DNA of 64,000 bases from Camelus dromedarius (Eukaryota). This document shows positions 55,787-64,000 of this stretch, one piece after another. The first letter of the stretch is position 1; the number at the start of each line of letters is the position of its first letter. The notes under the pieces are model-generated. The model saw nothing but the letters and a program-made list of their open reading frames with translations. It did no database searches and had not been told where the DNA came from. The stretch covers positions 40,364,001 to 40,428,000 of the forward strand of contig NC_087436.1 of the NCBI RefSeq assembly GCF_036321535.1. The letters are read 5' to 3'. The position numbers and the translations under genes are program-made.

Positions 55787-56944
55787 AAGCAAATCCTTTT
55801 TAGGCCCTGTACTACATCTGGCACTTTTAAGTATACAATAAATGTGGTCATACATTAAGGAAGCTGCCTCTGAGGCAGTTGACCTGCTTTGTTCTATTGT
55901 GTTTGGCTACTGCATTGTGTCAGCTAATCTTTTTCATTTTACAGTTTGAAAATACATTGATATATAAACCAACCATTTCAGGGGATATTTATAAAACATA
56001 GGAAATGACAATGGGATGTGTTATGTAGTTTAAGGTTTGCTTGAATTTTAAAATGTAAAGAGTTAAATTAACTTCACAGTAATGATGTGTGCATCTTCTG
56101 TCCATTAGAGTGATCAGAGTTGCTATTAAGAGATATGGCTACTCAATAATTAAGGCAAAATATCTATTTTAAATAAAGGGAACGTGAACTCTCTGAATTC
56201 AAAATAAAAAAAAAAAAATACTCCAATACCAACAGCATCATTCACCAAATCAAGTAAGGTCAGTGCACAGAATATCATGGCTTGAGGAAAATTTAAGAAA
56301 AGAGCTCTTTCCTCATATGCCATTGTAATTTCACCTAAGCCATTACACACTGAAAAGCACATCCAAAGACAGATTTAATATTCCTGCCTTGTGCTGCGTT
56401 TATTGTCTAATTAATTTTTAAAAAGCTGTTTCTCAAATAAGGAAAACCAGTAAAGTTGCCACAGTTGTCGATATAAACATTAAAGTATAATTTTTAAACT
56501 TTAATGAATTGTTTCTTTAAAAAGATGTTTCTAGTTGTATTGTTATAAGTTCAGCAGAGGAAGGTAATAATAAGATTATAAATAATGGTTAACAAAGGAA
56601 GTCTGGGTTAGGCCCTTGCTGTGGCCCTTAGAGCTGGGTGAACTTGGGAAGACACCTCAGCATTCTCAGTCTTGGCTTGCATGTCACTAAAATGAGATAT
56701 TGATATATTTCAAAAAGAAACTACTCTAGAGATTAAAAAGTTATGTGTTTACAAAGTCATAGTGGGTATGAGTGTGTATGTGTGTGTGTGTATATACTAC
56801 TGTTATTAAGGGATGTGGCTTAACAAGATAACACTTGTTCATGGAGTGTCTGTCTATATACTTATATATGCTATAAATGTATACAGTCTCATTTAACCTA
56901 TACTTACATATGCACTTATGCATACAGATAGATTTTCCCCTATA

Positions 56945-57320
56945 CATTTACTTATTTATTTTTCAATAGACCTTACTTTTAGAGCAGGTTTAGTTTTAGT
57001 TTATAGCAAAGCTGAGCAGAAAGCACAGAGTTTTCCTATATTCCCTGATCCTCACTTCCCCTTCCCCGCCCCGACACAGAGAGCTTTCCCTACTGTCAGC
57101 ATCCTGTATCCCAGTGATACGTTTGTTACAATCCCTGAACCTATGTTGACACATCATAATCACCAAAAGTCTATAGTTTACGTTGGGCTTCACGCTTGGT
57201 GTTACATATTCTATGGGTTTTGACAAACATATAATGGCACGTAGCCACCATTATCAAACAAAATAATATCATTACCTAAAAATCCTCTGTGCTCTACCTA
57301 CTCGTCCTTTTCTCCCCTAT
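56945..57320 (-). mobile_element. L1MC-like 3' end
   Basis: Homologous to 7350-7655 in this window: gcaaagctgagcagaaagcacagagtt...gtttgttacaat...ctatagtttacgttggg...cattctatgggttttgacaaa...aaaatcctctgtgctc. Confidence 0.8.
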
Positions 57321-60300
57321 GCATTTTTAAGTACTATACAACTGTATGGCATTGAGTTTTCCCTCATGTCTGGGTAGGAGGCACTAGGAAATTCAAGGAT
57401 AGCCATAGTTGCACCTCTGTGCAGCTAGTATCTAGTTGATATTTTACAATGAATTCTTTCCCCAAATGTATGAATTATTGTTGACTAAATAAATAATGTA
57501 CATTACAAACATTTATACTACTATACTTAAAATATACAGAAATTATCTTCTGAGTAAATGCACACTTGTTTAATTAAAGAGTTAACTAAATTCATCGTAA
57601 CCGAAGACTATTTTTTACATAAATAACAGAAAATACAATGATATATGAAAACCCTCCATATATAATAATTTTACCTTTTACCTGAAACATTTGAAACCAT
57701 TAGTCTGGGTAAATTATGATAATAAAACTTAAATTCTCATATTCACAATTAAATTTCAGACTAAGCAAATGAACCAAGCATTAATTTTGGAAAACCAAAA
57801 TGTATCAGCACACAGTTTAGTAGTTATGAGTACTAAACAACAAGGTCCATAGTATCAGGTAATACACAAATTTCATCATTGCCTTGGCATTATGTAACAC
57901 AGTGTCTCAGAGTTAGTAGTTATTCAAAATTTGTTGAACTCAGTTAAAATAACCTTTATTATTATTAAAACAAATAAGCAAGCAAACTTAGTAGAGCTTT
58001 CCTTTGCTTGCTCCTGTAACACTGACTTTTTTATCCTACAAAAACTAGGATATGTAAACATTAATAGTTTGTTCTTAAACCTTGTAAGTGAAAACCCTGG
58101 CTCCAAATATTAGACTTTTATTTAGAAATGGCTGCATGTTATGGGTCACCCAAGTGACAGTTGTGATTTGCCAAACTTTTTGAAGTTTGAGTCCTTTTCC
58201 TAAGATGAGAATGAAGTTAGTGTGTTCTAAATATGAAGCTAATATTAGAATCCTTAACATATGAATCAGAATGTCATTTTGAATGTGCTCATGTATAGAA
58301 GACGTGACATTTGTTCTGCATTCTCAACAGCACTTTCGTGATAGTGAAGGACAAGGAAAACAAAGCCCATTTGAAAAGGTTTATTCTATATTCTATATAA
58401 CTGAATTGTAGTAGGTTTAATTAGATTTATCATTACTGCCATTTTTTTTTTCTCTCAGAAAAGAAAAATAAAATCTATTCAAATGGGGAAGACAGTGAAC
58501 TCAGCATGTGTAGCTGACCTCTCTCTTTGGCTAATAATTGACTAACAATTCATATTCTGTGGGGGCTGTGGGGATGTCTATCTCGATCAGTCAATGAAAG
58601 AATTTGTCAAACCCAACAGAGGGTGATTGTCCCCCCCAAACGGCAGACTGCCACCAAAAACTTGCAAAGACTGTGTGCAGCTATTATTTATTAAACTAGC
58701 CAAACTCACCACTTTCGTTAGCATTTATTCCACACTTCTCAAATCCCAGGAGTACTTTAGATGCTCAGGAGTCCTCTTGAATTCTTCCTAATAATGCAGC
58801 ACAGAATCATTACTCATAACAGTAGCCATGTGTCACACTGTAACATTTAAACTTTTATTTTTTGAAACACGATTCTACGATTTCACAGGTTCCACCATCA
58901 TACCTAGTTGTTAGGGCAGTGAGGCCGGTTATTCAGTGAAACTCCAGCAAACTAAACTCTTATCAGAAAACAGCTTAACCTAAGCAACCGTAAACTCCCT
59001 GCATTGCCTTTAGCCACAGAACTACTGCTGGAATTTTTATATATTGCACCACATTCCAAGTTGGAATTGAAATCTACTATAGAGGCTTGCTGAAAATGGG
59101 TGGAATATGATCTCCTTAAATTGTATATCTATTCATACTATTAATTAAAATCTATATTAAAAGACAAAATGCACATTTATAAGACATATTTTTTTTTTCG
59201 TTTCACTCTCTATATCTTTACAATACCTATAGCAAATTTTAAAATGTTATCCTTAACCTTTTGTGTAGCAGAGTCAAAACTGTGACCAAATCTGTAACTT
59301 GTAGGGAAAAAAAAATCAAATCCATTAATCATGAAAAAGTCAGTAAGTGAAATTTCAGCACATACTGTATGCATTTACGTTATCAGCAGATGATACAAAG
59401 ATATTGAAAGTAATATGTCTCTAGCTATAATGCACAGATTTTTTTTGCTTTATTTTGCCTCTTGGTCTTAATTTTTTTTGTCTCCACTTTACTTTCCAAA
59501 AAATTCAAATAATATATTTCAAAAGCACCAGGTGTTCATTAGATTCTGAGGAAACCGAAGATCTGAGATTTTCTTTTGAATTGAAGTTTCTATCTTTCCA
59601 TTCAATTATTATGACTAGGACTAAACAGCGCTTATGACAATTGAAAAAGAAAAGAAGGGAAAAAGGAAAGTATGCTTTATTGTAAATCCACATCAAGAAG
59701 AAAAAAGCCTCCTGATATTTTTAATCAACTTAATTATCCTTGCCAGTGATGCTAATTCATAGTAAAACATCCAAAAGACTCTGGAATTCATTAACACTAC
59801 TTAAATGTGCAATTTCACTGCATTTTGCAGGCTGGATTTTTAATATTACTGTGTGTTAACAGAAATGAAATTTTTAATGTGATTTCTCCTATTTAAAAAT
59901 AGTTTATGGCACACTCTATCATATATATGCACATATATGTATTAGAATAAAACAACACAAACTTTACAAATAGTTGAGGTTCATATTTACACAGTATGTC
60001 TGATAAAATCATGCAGCTGGGGACGAGGGGAAAAAGGGATCCAAAAGATGGCAAGAAAAAAGTCAACAAGGGAAGGAAGGCTTTAGTGTGCCTTTCTTCC
60101 TAGGTGACCAGCAACAGTGCATGGAAGTGCCACATGGAACAGGTAAAACAGCATCGCTGATACTTGCTCCAACTTTGGAGACAACAAAGCTCTGTAAAGT
60201 AAAAGGACTGTCCTACTGACCTCTGTAGGCCTAAGCTTCTACTTTGTTGTCTTTATAAAAGAATACCCGATAAAGATTAGGGAATCATTCCCCTGTCTTC

Positions 60301-63300
60301 AGAAGAAAAGTAAGTCTCAACAACTAAAATAAATTAAGCTCCATTCCTTAAAGATTTATTGGGTGCTTGGTATATTCCTGATCTGGTGGATACAATGTGG
60401 GGACATGATGGTAAGTAATATGCCCACTGCAGGTTGTAGTCAAGTGGCATCTAAGCTTGAGAATCAGCCCTAATGCAATACCAGAGCTGCCTAGGAGAGC
60501 AGAGAGTCAGATGACCTTGGAAAGACAAATACCTAGTACAGTGTGCTTTGGCATCTCTAAGGTCTCTGATAGCCATACTGTAGTGAGAGGCTCAGATGCA
60601 AATAAAATAAATCCTGATTCCAGCAGAGTTGTTGGAAAAGCAAAGTCAGTGTGCTCAGCACTGTTGCACCGCTGGGAGTCCTCGGCCTCTGTGTGGTCAA
60701 GAGGGGCAGTGCTGAGGGCAGTGGGGTAGCCAGAGTTCCCCAGCCGTGCAGAGGCATCAGTGGGCTGTGGGAAAGGAAAGCATAGAGGTGGAAATGGTAC
60801 ACACCCTTGCTCAAGGGGCACGTCTCATGCTGACCTGTAGCAAAGTGGGGATGGTGGAGGAAGAATAGCTGGAACCAACTTGGGAGAGTGTGTGGGACCA
60901 GGCATTAGAGCGAGGAGGGCAAACGCAAAGGAGCCAGTAACTCTAGAAGTGACACTTGTTGGCATTAAGTCGCTAATGACGTTCCTGTGCGAGTGATGTG
61001 GTTGGTGCAGCTTGGAGAAAACAACTAGCCCACTAAAATGTCAAAATAAAGACAATTCAGTGTGATAGGTCACATGGAAACCATTTTGAAAACTACAAAA
61101 AAACAAGTTTAATCTACCAAAATATAGGCAGACGTAGAGTTTAATGTATGAGAACAGTTGACAGCATGAGAGAATTTGTAAATTAGAGGTGGAGTCACAG
61201 ATGTCCACTTCGTACTTTGTAAGAAATTCTGTGACAGCTGTTTGAATTAATTCCTGGTGGTGCCCTGGTGGGGACATCTCTTTACTGTATCACTTATTAT
61301 CTTCCTGCACGATGGTCCTTCTGTGAGTAACTATGCCCTTTAATAGTCCCTGCGTTGGAGTCACTCTCTGGAATGTGACATTATTAAAGAAATATACTCC
61401 ATCCCAGAAGAAACTGTGACTGGGTCAAATGAAGGTGTCAGACAGGAATAGGGTATGGCAGGGAAGTCTATAGTGAAGGTCCAATCATTTTCCACTAGGG
61501 CAGTGCTATTAGGATGACCTCCAACTCACGCTGCAGAGTTTTAATGTGCAGTGCTGCTGGCCCGCAACACGTATCTTATGAAGTTCTGAGATTGACTTTG
61601 CTTCCTGGAGAAATGCTATTTATTTGCATCTGGGTTCAAAGTTGTTAAGAAGAGAAACATTTGCCTTGCCGGAGCCTACAGGCAGTCTTGGAGAACGGCA
61701 CCACCATGCCTTTTAAAAAAAATATTGGCGTTAGTTGTCTAATAATGTTTTCTTCTAAATTATTCTGAAAAGAAAGATAGTTGTCATGTATTGGGGAGTG
61801 TTTTACATAGAAAGCAACTTCAATATTGACTCAAATTAATTTGAGCCAGTTGTTCTAGTTTCAAACTATAAAACAAGGAGGAAAAAAACTTGTCTTTTTA
61901 TTTTCATGAGTTTTACCTAAGAAATACTTTTACCAAATTTGAAAACTTACGAGAAAGAAATGTTTCATTATCTTTACAATGATACTATAAAATATATTAT
62001 TTTTATTTTACAAAATATTTTACTTTCTACATTACAGAGTCAATCTTTTTAGTGATTATGACAATAGCCTTAAATTCTTGACGTTAGTAAGATTTCCTCA
62101 TTATTTAATTTCTGTTTTCCCCAGTACCTAATTTTAAAATATTGAAAGAAATGAACAAATAAACAAATCCTGTTATATAAGGTTTTGCTGAAATTAATAT
62201 ACATGTAAAAATTTATAAGACAAAATTATTCACAGATAGTTAAGGCTTAAATTCTCCATTTCTACTATCATTTTTGAAAGCTATTTTTCATCAACTTAAA
62301 GACATATAATAGACAGGTTAGTAGTTTTATATGCTTAAGTAAAGCAGTAAAACCAGCAGAATCTATTCCTAGGAATTCTCTTCCATTGGTCCAACAAAAT
62401 GCACATTCTGCAATAAGAATTAGAGATGTTAAATTGGTAAAATTATTTTGCAAAAAAAACTTATTTCATTTAGTTTTCCAGATAATTGTTTAAATCACCA
62501 CCAAAGCAGATTTACAGATATATAAGCATTTCACAATAAATCATATAATAATTTAAGTACACAAAGAAACAAAGCATCATAAACATATGATAGATGACAG
62601 AAAAGACTTTCACACACTAATGTTAACAGATTTTTTGTACTAAACATAACGAATAATACAAGCTTGAACATATTTTCAGGGCATAGGAAAATATAAAATG
62701 TGATGTAGCTGACTTGGAGAGAAATAGAAGTTCAAGAAAAAATATATATATATGATGAAGAAAATTTAAACTTAATGAAATAAGCAGCAAAATTGAAAAC
62801 ATCTGAAACTGGAGGCGATGTTAGAAAAAAATAAGGCAAAGTAGCACAAGGAAACAGGGGCCATAAAGTCTAGAATGAGAAGGTTTGGTGTGTGCTTAAC
62901 TAGAGTTCCAGAAAGGTAGGCAAGAGGAAGCAGAGGCCATACGTTAGAAGCTGGTAGCTGGGAAGTTGCCAGAGCTGTCAAACAACACCAGTCTTTACAT
63001 CCAATGCACTCAGTAAATCTCAGGCACAATTCAGACACACATACACCTACCTAGTAATATCATAGTGTCACTTCAGAGAACTAAATGCAGAGAGATGGTC
63101 TTAAAAATTGCTAGAACAAAGTGAGAAATTAAGAACAGAAAACAGTCTGAGAGGAGATTGGATTCTCCACAGTGATGGTGGTGGTAGAAGCCTGAGTTAC
63201 ATAAACCGCAGTGCTGAGAGAAATTGTCAAGCCAGGGGTCTATATCCAGTAAAAAAAAAAAAAAAAAAAAAGTGCTTCATACATTTAGGTAATCACCTCC

Positions 63301-64000
63301 ATTTTCTGAGATACTAAGTATTGTATAATTTCCTGAGAAATATATGATCACATAGAATGAGGGGTGTGGATGTGTGGGGGTGTGTGTGTTTATGTGTGTG
63401 TTTAAAAACAGAAAACAGAACCAAAGCATCCTGCCTACCATTTCCTCTCTGTGTTCTGGCTACACAGCCATATACTCTCACACTCCCCACCCACCCCCGA
63501 CACATTTATCTAACAGTGTTAGTCAGTCAAAATGAAGTGAAAGATTAAGATACACTATTGGTCTAGCAAACAACAGAATAAGAACTTCCCTCAAAACTAT
63601 AGCCTGAGGTTCAAAGATTCCATTTTTCATGGAAATTACCACTTGGAAGGAATTCAACTTACCTTTTCATGTCTAACCCTGAATGGAATTTCTGAATTTT
63701 CAATTCATCTACAAGGATCATTCCTAAAATAATCTTAATAATTAGAAGAGTGAAGTTTAGTTTCCCAATAACAAATAGTTTGTCTCTTCTCACACTCACT
63801 TCCAATAAACACACACACACACCATACAGTATAGAGACCTTTTTATATGGAACTGTGCCTAGCAGTCCTGGCTTAGCCTAAACTCGTCATGAAGAAGCAG
63901 CTGGCAATTTGACAGGGAGAGGAAAGTTGACAGCTTCTCATCAAATATCAAGCACTGCTGTGTTTCTAATGTCAACCTGGATTTGACATTTAATTTTAAA

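Overview
Mammalian genomic DNA: AT-rich, repeat-dense and essentially a gene desert. It is most probably from a camelid, because it carries four tRNA-Ala-like SINEs of Vic-1 type and cetartiodactyl-type L1 3' ends, and I recognised no Bov-tA, PRE1 or Alu. There is one recognisable gene, the intronless retrogene TRAM1L1 (+ strand, ~50582-51704), behind a CpG-island promoter. As given, its frame has two lesions: a C16 run that puts the Kozak ATG out of frame, and a TAA 14 codons before the ancestral stop that removes the C-terminal KEKSS dilysine motif. The rest is layered retroelement and transposon debris (L1, L2, MIR, MLT1/MLT2 LTRs, MER58-like, microsatellites). The most notable structures are unusual L1 products: (i) a ~3.1 kb L1 with complete 5'UTR, ORF1 and 3' end but nearly all of ORF2 missing at a splice-like junction; (ii) a ~200 bp, TSD-flanked, polyadenylated copy of only the L1 endonuclease C-terminus; (iii) an ~85 bp inverted (twin-primed-like) L1 insert; (iv) an L1 tail with an internal triplication. 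Repeat family names come from memory of consensus sequences, not a search, and boundaries of old repeats are approximate. Nearly all other ORFs in the track are spurious or L1-derived.
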